NCBI GenBank assembly: GCA_963707505.1
Contig: CAVPQB010000005.1
Coordinates: 32,001 to 96,000, forward strand
Length of the DNA stretch: 64,000 bases
Reading direction: 5' to 3'
Source of the DNA: an uncultured Gemmatimonadales bacterium
GTDB lineage: Bacteria > Gemmatimonadota > Gemmatimonadetes > Gemmatimonadales > Gemmatimonadaceae
The notes beneath the pieces are model-generated. The model was not told where the DNA came from and did not search any database. It saw only the letters and a program-made list of their open reading frames with translations. The first letter of the stretch is position 1. Every line of letters begins with the position of its first letter. The position numbers and the translations under genes are program-made. Positions 9,247 through 22,198 of the stretch are shown here, piece after piece.

Positions 9247-10269
9247 TCAGCGCCACCCCAGCGCGGGCGCCACGTGCGTAAGAATCGCCTCGATGACGTG
9301 CGCGTTGTAATCCACGCCAAGCTGATTAGGAACGGTCAGGAGGAGAGTGTCAGCCTCGGCGATTCCCTCGTCATTCCGTAGCTGCTCCACGAGTACATCC
9401 GGCTCCGCAGCGTAGCTTCGACCAAAGATTGCACGCGTTTTCTCGTCGATGTAGCCGATCTGGTCCGCGTCCGCGCCCTCACGCCCGAAGTAGGCACGAT
9501 CTCGATCGGTGACGAGCGCAAAGATGCTGCGACTGACAGAGACGCGCGGCTTGCGCGCATGCCCGGCCTCTTCCCACGCCTTGCGGAATGCCCGGATCTG
9601 CGCCGCCTGCTGGACATGGAAAGGCTCTCCCGTCTCGTCGTCCTTGAGAGTCGAGCTTTGCAGATTCATGCCGAGCTTTGCCGCCCACACGGCGGTGGAA
9701 TTGGATCCTGCGCCCCACCAGATCCGGTCGCGCAGCCCCTCGGAATGCGGCTCGATGCGCAGCAGGCCCGGCGGATTTGCAAACATCGGCCGCGGACTCG
9801 GCTGCGCGAATCCCTCACCGCGCAGCCGGTCGAGGAATGCCTCCGCGTGCGCGCGGCCCATGTCGGCGTCACTCTGTCCTGCTGACGGACTGTAGCCGAA
9901 ATACCGCCAGCCATCGACCACCTGCTCCGGCGAGCCGCGGCTTATCCCCAGTTGCAACCGCCCACCGGCAATGATGTCGGCGGCTCCCGCATCTTCCACC
10001 ATGTAGGATGGATTCTCGTACCGCATGTCGATGACAGCCGTGCCGATCTCGATACGACTCGTCCTCGCACCGACTGCGGCAAGAAGCGGGAACGGCGACG
10101 CGAGTTGGCGGGCGAAGTGGTGAACGCGAAAATACGCGCCATCCGCACCCAGCGACTCGGCGGCAACGGCGAGATCGATGGATTGCAGCAGCGCGTCGGC
10201 CGCCGATCGTGTTTGCGATTGCGACGAGGGCGTCCAGTGTCCGAACGACAGAAAGCCGATCTTCTTCAT
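9247..10269 (-). CDS. LLM-class (luciferase-like) flavin-dependent oxidoreductase
   Basis: GADGAYFRVHHF, IEIGTAVIDMRYENP, GRLQLGISRGS and IWWGAGS. Confidence 0.92.
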   Translation of the reverse strand: MKKIGFLSFGHWTPSSQSQTRSAADALLQSIDLAVAAESLGADGAYFRVHHFARQLASPFPLLAAVGARTSRIEIGTAVIDMRYENPSYMVEDAGAADIIAGGRLQLGISRGSPEQVVDGWRYFGYSPSAGQSDADMGRAHAEAFLDRLRGEGFAQPSPRPMFANPPGLLRIEPHSEGLRDRIWWGAGSNSTAVWAAKLGMNLQSSTLKDDETGEPFHVQQAAQIRAFRKAWEEAGHARKPRVSVSRSIFALVTDRDRAYFGREGADADQIGYIDEKTRAIFGRSYAAEPDVLVEQLRNDEGIAEADTLLLTVPNQLGVDYNAHVIEAILTHVAPALGWR

Positions 10270-10297
10270 TACAGCAGAGCCTGACCGCGCGTGTCGA

Positions 10298-11845
10298 TCA
10301 TTCCCACTCTATAGTCGCCGGCGGCTTCGAGCTCACATCGTACGCAACGCGGTTCACCCCGTCGACCTCGTTCATGATGCGATTCGATATCCGTCCGAGC
10401 ACGTCATAGGGAAAGTGATACCAGTCAGCCGTCATTCCATCCGTGCTGGTGACTGCGCGCAACGCGAGCACGTTTTCATACGTCCGCTCGTCACCCATCA
10501 CTCCAACGCTGCGGATCGGCAACAATACCGCGAATGCCTGCCAGATCGTATCGTACAATCCTGCTGAGCGAATCTCTTCGAGATAGATCGCGTCCGCGCG
10601 CCGCAATACTTCGAGCTTCGCCGGCGTGACGTCGCCCAGCACGCGTATCGCGAGTCCCGGTCCCGGAAATGGGTGTCGACCCACCATCTCCTCGGGCAGG
10701 CCGAGCTCGCGTCCGACGTTGCGCACCTCGTCCTTGAACAGCTCACGCAATGGCTCGATCAGGGCGAACTTCATGTCGCTCTTGAGTCCACCGACGTTGT
10801 GATGCGTCTTGATCGTCACCGACGCACCGCCGGTCGGCGAGAACGACTCGATCACGTCTGGATACAACGTGCCCTGCACCAGAAAGCGAACGTTGTCGCC
10901 AACTTTCGCGGCAGTCGCTTCGAATACGTCGATGAACGTATGCCCGATGATCTTGCGCTTCTTCTCCGGATCTTCGATGCCCTTCAACGCGCCAAGGAAT
11001 TCCGCGCTCGCATCCACGGTGATGAGATTCACGCCCATGTGCGCGCGAAACGTGCGCTCGACCTGCTCGCGCTCGTGCATTCGCAGCAACCCCGTGTCCA
11101 CGAAGATGCAGGTAAGCTGATCTCCAACCGCACGGTGCACGAGCGCGGCTGCAACCGATGAATCGACACCGCCCGAAAGCCCGCAGATCACACGGGCGTC
11201 GCCAACGAGCGCGCGGACACGCTCGACTTCGCGCTCTGCGAATGAGCCCGGCGTCCATGTGGGATGCAAACCGCAAACACGGAACAGAAAGTTCTCGATC
11301 AGCTCCCGGCCGCGCGGCGTATGTGCAACTTCCGGATGGAACTGCACGCCGAATATCGGCCGTGTCTCATGCCGGAATGCCGTGACTGGATTGGACCCGC
11401 TCCGCGCTGTTACTGAAAAACCAGGAGGTGGCGATTCAACGTGGTCGCCGTGGCTCATCCATGCCTCGAGGCACTCTCCGCCTTCGAAGCCGGCGAAGAG
11501 CGCGTCCGGCTCCGTGACGCAGACTTCCGCGCGGCCGTACTCGCGTTTTCCTGCGCGCAGAACTGTCGCGCCGGAAAGCTGCGCAATCAGTTGCATGCCG
11601 TAGCAGATGCCCAGCACGGGCGCCACGCCGAGCAATGCGGGGTCTGCCGTCGGAGCGGATTCGTCGTATACCGAGTTGGGGCCGCCGCTGAAGATTATAC
11701 CGGAGGGATTCCACTCGCGAACCCACTCCAGCGTTCGCGTCGGAGGATGGATCTCGCAGTACACCCGCGCTTCGCGCACGCGTCGCGCTATCAGTTGCGT
11801 GTACTGCGCCCCAAAATCAAGAATCAGAATTCTTTCCGGATTCAT
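10298..11845 (-). CDS. guaA: GMP synthase (glutamine-hydrolysing)
   Basis: [38 protein letters not shown] and KPPATIEWE. Confidence 0.98.
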   Translation of the reverse strand: MNPERILILDFGAQYTQLIARRVREARVYCEIHPPTRTLEWVREWNPSGIIFSGGPNSVYDESAPTADPALLGVAPVLGICYGMQLIAQLSGATVLRAGKREYGRAEVCVTEPDALFAGFEGGECLEAWMSHGDHVESPPPGFSVTARSGSNPVTAFRHETRPIFGVQFHPEVAHTPRGRELIENFLFRVCGLHPTWTPGSFAEREVERVRALVGDARVICGLSGGVDSSVAAALVHRAVGDQLTCIFVDTGLLRMHEREQVERTFRAHMGVNLITVDASAEFLGALKGIEDPEKKRKIIGHTFIDVFEATAAKVGDNVRFLVQGTLYPDVIESFSPTGGASVTIKTHHNVGGLKSDMKFALIEPLRELFKDEVRNVGRELGLPEEMVGRHPFPGPGLAIRVLGDVTPAKLEVLRRADAIYLEEIRSAGLYDTIWQAFAVLLPIRSVGVMGDERTYENVLALRAVTSTDGMTADWYHFPYDVLGRISNRIMNEVDGVNRVAYDVSSKPPATIEWE

Positions 11846-11852
11846 CCAGCTC

Positions 11853-12341
11853 TCAAAGTTTGATGATTTCCACTTCGCGCGTATCCAGATCGACCAGCGC
11901 GGCGGTGCACGACCCGTACAACCAGCCGCATGCCTCGCCTGGGTTCAGGATCAGCGTGTCTCCCCTGCTCTTCATCTCGGCCTGGTGCGAGTTGCCGTGG
12001 AACACGAAGTGGTGCTTGTCCAGCGACCGTTGATGCACCTCACCGATGTCGTGAACGATGAGTATCTGCTTGCCCGACACTTCAAAGCTGTGCGGAGACT
12101 CGTACAGCTCGGTTCCCACTCCCTGCGCTGCCACCGCTGCGAGGCCCTCGGGATCTCCATCGTTCCGACCGAAGACGCCGAGCATCGGGATGTTGGCGTC
12201 GTTCACTGGCGTCAGCGAAAAGGGAGAACAGTGATCTCCGGCGTGCATCAGCAGACTTGCACCGCCAGCTATCATACGCGCGACGAGCTCCGCGATCGCG
12301 GGAACCCTGTCGTGCGTATCGGCCATGATTCCGACTCGCAT
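11853..12341 (-). CDS. YfcE/MJ0936-family metallophosphoesterase
   Basis: ADTHD, HAGD, GRNDG, HGNSH and LNPGE. Some canonical residues are varied (GN to GR, GHTH to GNSH). Confidence 0.85.
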   Translation of the reverse strand: MRVGIMADTHDRVPAIAELVARMIAGGASLLMHAGDHCSPFSLTPVNDANIPMLGVFGRNDGDPEGLAAVAAQGVGTELYESPHSFEVSGKQILIVHDIGEVHQRSLDKHHFVFHGNSHQAEMKSRGDTLILNPGEACGWLYGSCTAALVDLDTREVEIIKL

Positions 12342-13611
12342 CAGTCCTCGATCCAGTCAGGGGCGAATGTCTCGCGGCGCGTAAGATCAGCGTCGGACTC
12401 TCGCTCGGTGATTACCGCAAATCGATTCCCATCCACAAGCACTTCGGCTGGCCGTGGCCGCGAATTGTAGTTCGACGCCATCGAGTAGCCGTAAGCACCG
12501 GTCGCGCGCAACACGAGCAGCTCGCCTGGCGCTACATCGGCAATCAGCCGATTGTTCGCGAAGAAGTCACCGCTCTCGCAAACGGGGCCGACGATATTCG
12601 CGCGCAGCGTCGGCTCTGCGCCGCTCGACGCGGAGTCGATCGCGTGGTGCGACGCATACAGCGACGGCCGAATGAAATCATTCATGCCGGCGTCGGTGAT
12701 GACGATCTCCTTTCCGCCGCTGTGCTTGCGGTACAGCACCCGTGTCACGAGCACACCCGACTCGGCCACCAGGAACCGGCCCGGCTCGATGAGTATCGCC
12801 ACACCCGGTTCCGCCGCGGCGATTCGCAGCGCGTCGGCGTACGCACCAAGATTGAGTGACGAGCCGTCGTCGTCAGTCACTCCGAGGCCGCCCCCGAGAT
12901 CCAGTGTGGTGAGCGTTGCAAGATTTTCGCCTTCGATCTCGCGCTTGAGCTGCACGAGCGCCTTCGCGGCGAGCGCATACGGCGTTGCATCGCCGATCTG
13001 AGAGCCGAGGTGGGAGGCGAGACCGATCAACTCAACGTTCGTCATGTGCGACATCGCACGTGCAACGGCGATGATCCGATCCAGCGGAATTCCGAATTTC
13101 ATCCCACGCTCGCCGGTGCGCGTGTACGGATGCGGCGTGTCCACGGCAACGTCGGGGTTTACACGCAGAACTACCGGAGCGACGACGCCGATCCGTTGCG
13201 CGACATCCTGCAGCACCGCAAGCTCACCTTCCGATTCGACGTTGATGCTGCGCACGCCGGCCCGCACTGCGCGCTCCAATTCTGCAGGTGTCTTGCCGAC
13301 GCCGCTGAATACGATGTCCGAGCCAGCGAATCCGGCCTCGAGCGCGCGATGCAGCTCGCCGCCGGATACGATGTCGACGCCAGCGCCGAGTGATCGCAGC
13401 AGCGCCAGAATCGCGAGACTGGAATTCGCCTTTACGCTGTAGTGGACATGGACGGGCAGGCCTTCGACTGCGGTCGCCAGTCGTTGATACTGGTTGCGAA
13501 TCGTGTTCGCGCTGTACACGTATACCGGAGTTCCAACGCGGTCCGCTATCGTGTCCAGCGCAACGCCATCGCAGAGCAGCGCACCATCGCGCCGTGCATA
13601 ACCGGTTGTCA

Positions 13612-13612
<1 letters not shown>
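12341..13612 (-). CDS. lysA: diaminopimelate decarboxylase
   Basis: YSVKANSS, DIVSGGEL, HLGSQI, LDLGGG, EPGRFLV, GPVCESGD and GAYGYSMASNYNSRPRPAEV; ATG at 13612 overlaps the proS TGA. Confidence 0.96.
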
Positions 13613-16344
<2,732 letters not shown>

Positions 16345-16429
16345 CGTCCAAACCTATTCGGTCGGAGAGTCGCGGGCTACCACCCGCGCCCGGGAATCAC
16401 GGGCACGTCCCACGTGAAATACGCCCGGA

Positions 16430-17737
16430 TCAGTCGCGCGCGCCGCGCCAAGCCGGAGCTGCAGGGTCGATCCCGAGTACCGTCATCGCGTCTCCCACCG
16501 TGTGAAATGATCCACAGACGACCTTGGTACCGGGCATCGAAGCGGCACGCTCCATCGCCACACCGAAGTCGAGGTCGAGCGAGACCGGGACCTTGCACGC
16601 GTTCGCGTGCGCCGCCGCGGGCAGCGGGTCCCACGCACGCTCCGGCGGCGCGCTTGGAGGATTGGTAATTATGAAATGGTTTGCAACCGGTGCCAGCGCT
16701 TCGATCATGCCGTACCAGTCCTTGTCCTTGAGAACGCCGAGAACGATCGTCACCGGAGGCGGCGTCGGACGCGCCGCCAGAGTTTCCGCGAGTGCCCGCG
16801 CACCTGAGGCGTTGTGCGCCACGTCGAAGATCCAGTCTCTGACGCGCTGAAACCGCCCCGGGAGACTGACCGAGGACAGCGCGCGATTGATGTTCTCCTT
16901 CCTGATCGCGTACTCCGGACCGGCGGCGTGAATCGTCGCGAGCGCCGTCAGCGTGTTGCGAACCTGATGCTCGCCCAGCAATGGGGTGGAAAGCCGAGTC
17001 CGTCCGAGCGGTGTCGCCGCGGTGAACGACGTCATACCGCCAGCAAGCGAGACAGACCACGCACGCCAGTCGGACCGCACGATCGATATCGGAGTCGCTC
17101 CGCGCTCCGCGGCTCGCTCAGCGAGCCTCTTGGCCAGATCCAGCCGTGGCTCGCCGATAACCGCCGGCCGGCCGAACTTGAAGATTCCGCCCTTCTCGTC
17201 CGCAATCGCCTGTAGCGTGTTGCCCAGATACTCCGTGTGGTCCAGCGAGATATTCGTGACGGTGGCGACGACCGGGTCCAGCACGTTGGTGCTGTCGAGA
17301 GCACCTCCCAGACCCGTCTCGATCGCCGCGACGTCCACCATCGCTTCTGCGAAGTACAACATCGCCGCAACCGTGGTTATCTCGAAAAAAGTGGCGTCCA
17401 GCGACTCTGCGATCGGCTCGATCCGGCGCAGCAGCTCCAGAAGCGTCTCTTCCGGGATCGGTACGCCATCGATCGCGATCCGCTCACGAAAGTCCACGAT
17501 ATGCGGCGACGTGTACCTTCCTACGCGTCTGCCCCCGAACCTGAGTAGCGCATCCAGGGTCGCAACCGTGCTTCCCTTGCCATTTGTTCCGGCGACGTGA
17601 AAGGAAGGGTACTTCCGGTGCGGATCGCCCAGCGCGTCAAGCAGTTTTTCGGTCCGCTCGAGTCCGGGAACTATCTTCGATCCGGTCTTTTCGAACAACC
17701 GTTCGATAGTCTTCCGGTACGTCAGGTCGAGAGCCAT
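16430..17737 (-). CDS. folC: folylpolyglutamate synthase/dihydrofolate synthase
   Basis: HVAGTNGKGS, YTSPH, TFFEITT, ETGLGGALDSTN, ISLDH and DVAHN. Confidence 0.96.
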   Translation of the reverse strand: MALDLTYRKTIERLFEKTGSKIVPGLERTEKLLDALGDPHRKYPSFHVAGTNGKGSTVATLDALLRFGGRRVGRYTSPHIVDFRERIAIDGVPIPEETLLELLRRIEPIAESLDATFFEITTVAAMLYFAEAMVDVAAIETGLGGALDSTNVLDPVVATVTNISLDHTEYLGNTLQAIADEKGGIFKFGRPAVIGEPRLDLAKRLAERAAERGATPISIVRSDWRAWSVSLAGGMTSFTAATPLGRTRLSTPLLGEHQVRNTLTALATIHAAGPEYAIRKENINRALSSVSLPGRFQRVRDWIFDVAHNASGARALAETLAARPTPPPVTIVLGVLKDKDWYGMIEALAPVANHFIITNPPSAPPERAWDPLPAAAHANACKVPVSLDLDFGVAMERAASMPGTKVVCGSFHTVGDAMTVLGIDPAAPAWRGARD

Positions 17738-18585
17738 CCAGTCGCCGCCGGCTTGCCGCTCATGTGTCGTAAAAGCCGACCGACGGTTGGCTTTAGCTCG
17801 TGACGCGGAACCACAATGTCGACAATTCCGTGCTCCAGCAGGAACTCGGCGGTCTGAAAGCCTTCCGGTAGATCCTGCCCGATGGTCTGCTTGATCACGC
17901 GCGGGCCCGCGAAGCCCACTACCGCCCCCGGCTCCGCGATTATCGCATCTCCGAGCATGGCAAAGCTGGCGCTCACGCCGCCGGTCGTCGGGTTGGTCAG
18001 CAGCGATACGTACGGCACCCGCCGCTCGGCAAGCTGCGAAAGCATCGCGGACGCCTTGGCCATCTGCATCAGCGACAGGACGCCCTCCTGCATTCGCGCG
18101 CCGCCCGATGCGCAGACGATGACCAGCGGGTGCTTTTTCTCCAGCGACCGTTGACCCAGGCGGGCGATCTTCTCGCCGACGACCGATCCCATCGAGCCGC
18201 CCATGAAGGCGAAGTCCATGATGCCGAGGCTGATGGGCGAGCCACCCAGCTGGCCGGTCAGGGTGAGAATTGCGTCGCCTTCGCCGGCATTGGCGGTCGC
18301 CTTCTTGAGGCGTTGAGTGTACTCGGGGAAGCCCAGTGGATCGGCCGATCTGATCTCGACCTCGGTCTCCTCCGCCGTCCCCTCATCGAGGAATATGTTG
18401 GCGTAGTCCCACGCGCGAATCCTGCGGTGATAGCCGCAGTTTGGACAAACGTTGAGATTCCGGACGAATTTCTCAGTGATGTCGGTGTAGCCACACGATT
18501 CGCATTTTTCCCAGGCGTCCGCCGGAATCTCCAGTCGTTCGCGCCGCGGACTGCGGGGCTTCTTGTCCTTCCTGAACCAAGCCAT
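17722..18585 (-). CDS. accD: acetyl-CoA carboxylase carboxyltransferase beta subunit
   Basis: WEKCESC...VCPNC zinc finger, FMGGSMGSVVGEK, SGGARMQE and PTTGGVSASFA. Confidence 0.98.
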   Translation of the reverse strand: MAWFRKDKKPRSPRRERLEIPADAWEKCESCGYTDITEKFVRNLNVCPNCGYHRRIRAWDYANIFLDEGTAEETEVEIRSADPLGFPEYTQRLKKATANAGEGDAILTLTGQLGGSPISLGIMDFAFMGGSMGSVVGEKIARLGQRSLEKKHPLVIVCASGGARMQEGVLSLMQMAKASAMLSQLAERRVPYVSLLTNPTTGGVSASFAMLGDAIIAEPGAVVGFAGPRVIKQTIGQDLPEGFQTAEFLLEHGIVDIVVPRHELKPTVGRLLRHMSGKPAATGWLST

Positions 18586-18685
18586 ATACCTCTAATGTCA
18601 CCCGGCACCCTATGCTGGGCAAGGAGTTGCGGAACAGGCGTCCGGTAACCAGCCAGATCCCGTGGCCGGAAAAGACGCCCGCCAG

Positions 18686-20536
18686 CTATTCCGGAGATGC
18701 AACCGGAGTCGGGGCAGCGACCGCGTCGGAAGCCGCCAACTGATCCTTGAGACGTTGCGCTGAGGCCTTCGTGAAGCCGGGAAGCGCGGCAATATCGTCG
18801 GTCGATGCATCGCGCACCCCCTGAACACTTCCGAAGACCCGAATCAACTGCCGTCGCTTGACGGGACCGACACCGGGGATCGAAAGCAGCTCCGATGTCA
18901 CGGTTCGCATGCTGCGACGCTTCCGATTGAACGTCACCGCGAATCTGTGCGCTTCGTCCCGAATCTGTTGCAGCAAGCGCAGCGCCGGTGAGCGGCGCGA
19001 AAGCCTGAGCGGCTCCGCTCTGCCCCACACGAAGATCTCTTCTTCACGCTTCGCCAGGCTGATCAGCGGGCGGTCACCAAGTCCGATGGAATCAAGTGCT
19101 TCGTGCGCTGCGGAGAGCTGTCCCTTCCCGCCATCGATCACGATGAGATCGGGAAGTTGCTTCCCATCTTCCTTGCGACGGTTGAAGTACCGTGTGACGA
19201 CTTCGTTCATCGAAGCGAAGTCGTCAGTTCCAACGACCGTCTTTACCTTGAACTTGCGATACTCGCCGCGCCTGGCCCGACCATTCTCGAAGAAGACGCA
19301 GGAGCCGACGGTGTCGGTTCCCTGCGCTGTCGAGATGTCGAAACACACCATGGTACGCGGCAGCTTCTGCAGCGACAGCTCTCGCGCGAGCTCGTATACC
19401 GGCTCACCGGCGCGCACGTCCGACTCCGCCGAGGCGAGTTTCAACTCTTCCAGGAGATGACGTGCATTCTGCTCCGCCAGCTCCACAAGCTCGCGCCGAA
19501 CACCGCGCTGCGGAATGTGTATGCGCTCGCCCGGCAACGATTCCTCGATCAGCTCCCGGTCGGGAAAATCAAATGGAAGCACGAGCTCCGACGCGTGCTC
19601 AGGCATGGCGATGTAACTGCCAGCGAGGAATAACCGCAACACGTCCGCATCATCCTCGCCATCCACGTTCTCCATGAAGCGGTGCTCGCGCGCGAGCAGC
19701 TTCCCCTCTCTTATGCGCAGCAGCGCGATTACTGCATCGTCGCCATCGCGCGCGTAGCCGATGACGTCGCGATCACCGCCTTCCACGCGCAGGACGACTG
19801 TCGGCTCCTCCATGCGTTCCAGATGCATCAACACGTCACGCAGCTCCGCGGCACGCTCGAAATCCAGGCTCGACGCCGCGAGGTCCATTCGCTCTCGCAC
19901 TCGGCGCACCACTTCGTCGGAGCGGCCTTCCAGAAACAGCAACACCTCGTCTATCATCGCTGCGTATTCCGGCTGCGTCTGCTTGAACACGCAGGGCGCC
20001 TTGCAACGCTGGATGAAGTAGTCGAGACACGGCCGCTCCGGCATCTCGCGCGGCATGTCGTAGTTGCACGAGCGCACGGTGAAGATGCGCTTCACCACAT
20101 TGAGCGAGCGACGCATCGCGCCGACGTCCGTGTACGGCCCGAAATACTTGGCCCCGTCGTTCGTAACCAGTCGCGTGACGAACACGCGCGCGAAGGGCTC
20201 GTTCACGGTGACCTTGATGTACGGATACGATTTGTCATCCCGGAGCGCAATGTTGAACTTGGGATGATATTCCTTGATCAGGTTCGCCTCGAGCACGAGC
20301 GCGTGCGCTTCCGTCGGGACGACGATCGTCTCGAGGTCGGCGATATTGCGCACCAGATGCTGCGTCTTGAGACTGAAGGGATGGTCGCTCGCGAAGTAGC
20401 TGCGCACGCGCGAGCGCAGCCGCTTTGCCTTCCCCACGTACAACACCGCTCCGTCGGCGCCCTTCCACAGATACACGCCGGGGCCGTCCGGAAGATGCTG
20501 AAGCTTCTGTGCTACCGTTTCGGGAACCGTCACCAT
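18686..20536 (-). CDS. uvrC: excinuclease ABC subunit C
   Basis: PGVYLW...YVGKAKRLRSRVRSYF (GIY-YIG), UVR domain FERAAELRD, CFDIS, IDGGKGQL, RDEAHRFA and HhH motifs. Confidence 0.98.
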   Translation of the reverse strand: MVTVPETVAQKLQHLPDGPGVYLWKGADGAVLYVGKAKRLRSRVRSYFASDHPFSLKTQHLVRNIADLETIVVPTEAHALVLEANLIKEYHPKFNIALRDDKSYPYIKVTVNEPFARVFVTRLVTNDGAKYFGPYTDVGAMRRSLNVVKRIFTVRSCNYDMPREMPERPCLDYFIQRCKAPCVFKQTQPEYAAMIDEVLLFLEGRSDEVVRRVRERMDLAASSLDFERAAELRDVLMHLERMEEPTVVLRVEGGDRDVIGYARDGDDAVIALLRIREGKLLAREHRFMENVDGEDDADVLRLFLAGSYIAMPEHASELVLPFDFPDRELIEESLPGERIHIPQRGVRRELVELAEQNARHLLEELKLASAESDVRAGEPVYELARELSLQKLPRTMVCFDISTAQGTDTVGSCVFFENGRARRGEYRKFKVKTVVGTDDFASMNEVVTRYFNRRKEDGKQLPDLIVIDGGKGQLSAAHEALDSIGLGDRPLISLAKREEEIFVWGRAEPLRLSRRSPALRLLQQIRDEAHRFAVTFNRKRRSMRTVTSELLSIPGVGPVKRRQLIRVFGSVQGVRDASTDDIAALPGFTKASAQRLKDQLAASDAVAAPTPVASPE

Positions 20537-20542
20537 CGAAAG

Positions 20543-22198
20543 TTATACGCCTGAGCGCCGCCGCAGTTTCGACGCCAGCATCGACGCTTCGGGAATGCGA
20601 AGAGCGACCGTAAATACTGCGTACCCGATCGCAAACGCCGAGAGCGAGATCGCAGCCAGCACCAGCGGGCGCGATGTCGGTACCACGAACCGGCCAAGCG
20701 TGCCGAGCGCCGCTGCGCCGAGGCCGGCGATCCAGAGCTTCACGACGTAACGCACAGAGAGCCCGGTCCGTCCAATGCGCTTCGTAAGGCCACGTCGCAG
20801 CAGAATGAATTCCACCCAGCCCGCGATGCCCGCCGACGCGGTGAGACCGGCCGCGCCGAGCTTGGGATCCAGACCGAGCCAGCCCGGAAGCTGAAACGCG
20901 AAGATGACGCCCAGCACAGTCGTGAGCGCGATTCGGATGATCGCGAACTTGAGTGGCGTCTTTGTGTCGCGGAGTGCGTAGTACGTCGAAGAATCGAGCC
21001 GTCCGAGCGTGGATGCGAGCAATCCGACGGTCGAACCGATGAGAATCTCCCACACCCACACCGTGTTGGCGCGCTTGAATGCACCCGTCTGGAGGAACGC
21101 GCCAGTCACGATGTCGCCCAGCGCAAGGAATCCGATCACGCATGGCACGATGAAAAAGGCGATGCGCTCCATGCCGGCATTGAGGCGCACGCGAAGCTGT
21201 GCCGCGATCTCTTCCGGCGTGCCAAGTGCGCTGGACATCGCCGGTAGCTCCGCCGCGGACACCGACATTCCGAACAGGCTTCCCGGAAGTATGTACAGAG
21301 TTTGCGCGTATGCCAGCGACGAAACGGTTCCGATCGGAAGATGGTATGCGAGCGCGAGATCTATGAATGCGCTGATCTGTACCACGCCGCGGCTGAGAAA
21401 TGCCGACGTGAATTGCCTGAACACACGCCGCACGCCCGGCAAGCCGAATCTGAAATTCGGAACGATACCCGGTGCAACGCGTCGCAGAGTCGGAAGCTGG
21501 ACCAGGAACTGCGCAGCGCTGCCAATTACAGAGGCCCACGCGACCGCCACGACGAGGCCTGAGGCTGTGCGATGGGCGCCGTAGACGATCAGCGCACCGA
21601 TTATCACCGCATTCCACGCCAGCGGCGCCATGTACGACAGCAGGAACTTGCGATGCGCGTTGAGCACGCCCAGGCACCACGCGGAAAATACGAGCAGGCC
21701 AGCACCGGGAAACAGGATCCGGACGAGTGTCGTCGTGAGTGCATCCTCCTCCGGCGTCGCGCCCGTGACGGCGAGCCACTGCATGAACGACGAAGGAAGG
21801 AATCGCGCGAACGGTTGCGCGATGTGACTGAGCGTGCTTCCACCGCCGGCGAGGATCCCAACGAGTTGCGGCGCTGCAAGCACACCGATGAGAACCACCA
21901 GCGAGGCAACCAGCGCCAGCGCCGTAAACACCGCGCCGGCTAACTCGGCCGCTTGACGTTTCTCGCCACGCGCCAGCGTGCCGGCATACTCTGGAATGAA
22001 CGACGCCGAGAGCACGCCTTCTCCGAACAGATTCTGAAGCATGTTCGGAATGCGGAACGCACCCTGAAACGCGTCATTGGCGAGTGACGCACCAAGGTAG
22101 TGCGCAAAGACGCGCTGCCGGATGAGGCCGGCGAGCTTGCTCGCGAAGATACCGGCCCCAACAAGGAACGCTGCCCGTCCGGTCTGCTCCTCAGCCAC
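20543..22198 (-). CDS. murJ: lipid II flippase MurJ (MviN)
   Basis: AFRIPNMLQNLFGEGVLSASFIP, many TM helices, and YYALRDTKTP. Confidence 0.95.
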   Translation of the reverse strand: MAEEQTGRAAFLVGAGIFASKLAGLIRQRVFAHYLGASLANDAFQGAFRIPNMLQNLFGEGVLSASFIPEYAGTLARGEKRQAAELAGAVFTALALVASLVVLIGVLAAPQLVGILAGGGSTLSHIAQPFARFLPSSFMQWLAVTGATPEEDALTTTLVRILFPGAGLLVFSAWCLGVLNAHRKFLLSYMAPLAWNAVIIGALIVYGAHRTASGLVVAVAWASVIGSAAQFLVQLPTLRRVAPGIVPNFRFGLPGVRRVFRQFTSAFLSRGVVQISAFIDLALAYHLPIGTVSSLAYAQTLYILPGSLFGMSVSAAELPAMSSALGTPEEIAAQLRVRLNAGMERIAFFIVPCVIGFLALGDIVTGAFLQTGAFKRANTVWVWEILIGSTVGLLASTLGRLDSSTYYALRDTKTPLKFAIIRIALTTVLGVIFAFQLPGWLGLDPKLGAAGLTASAGIAGWVEFILLRRGLTKRIGRTGLSVRYVVKLWIAGLGAAALGTLGRFVVPTSRPLVLAAISLSAFAIGYAVFTVALRIPEASMLASKLRRRSGV

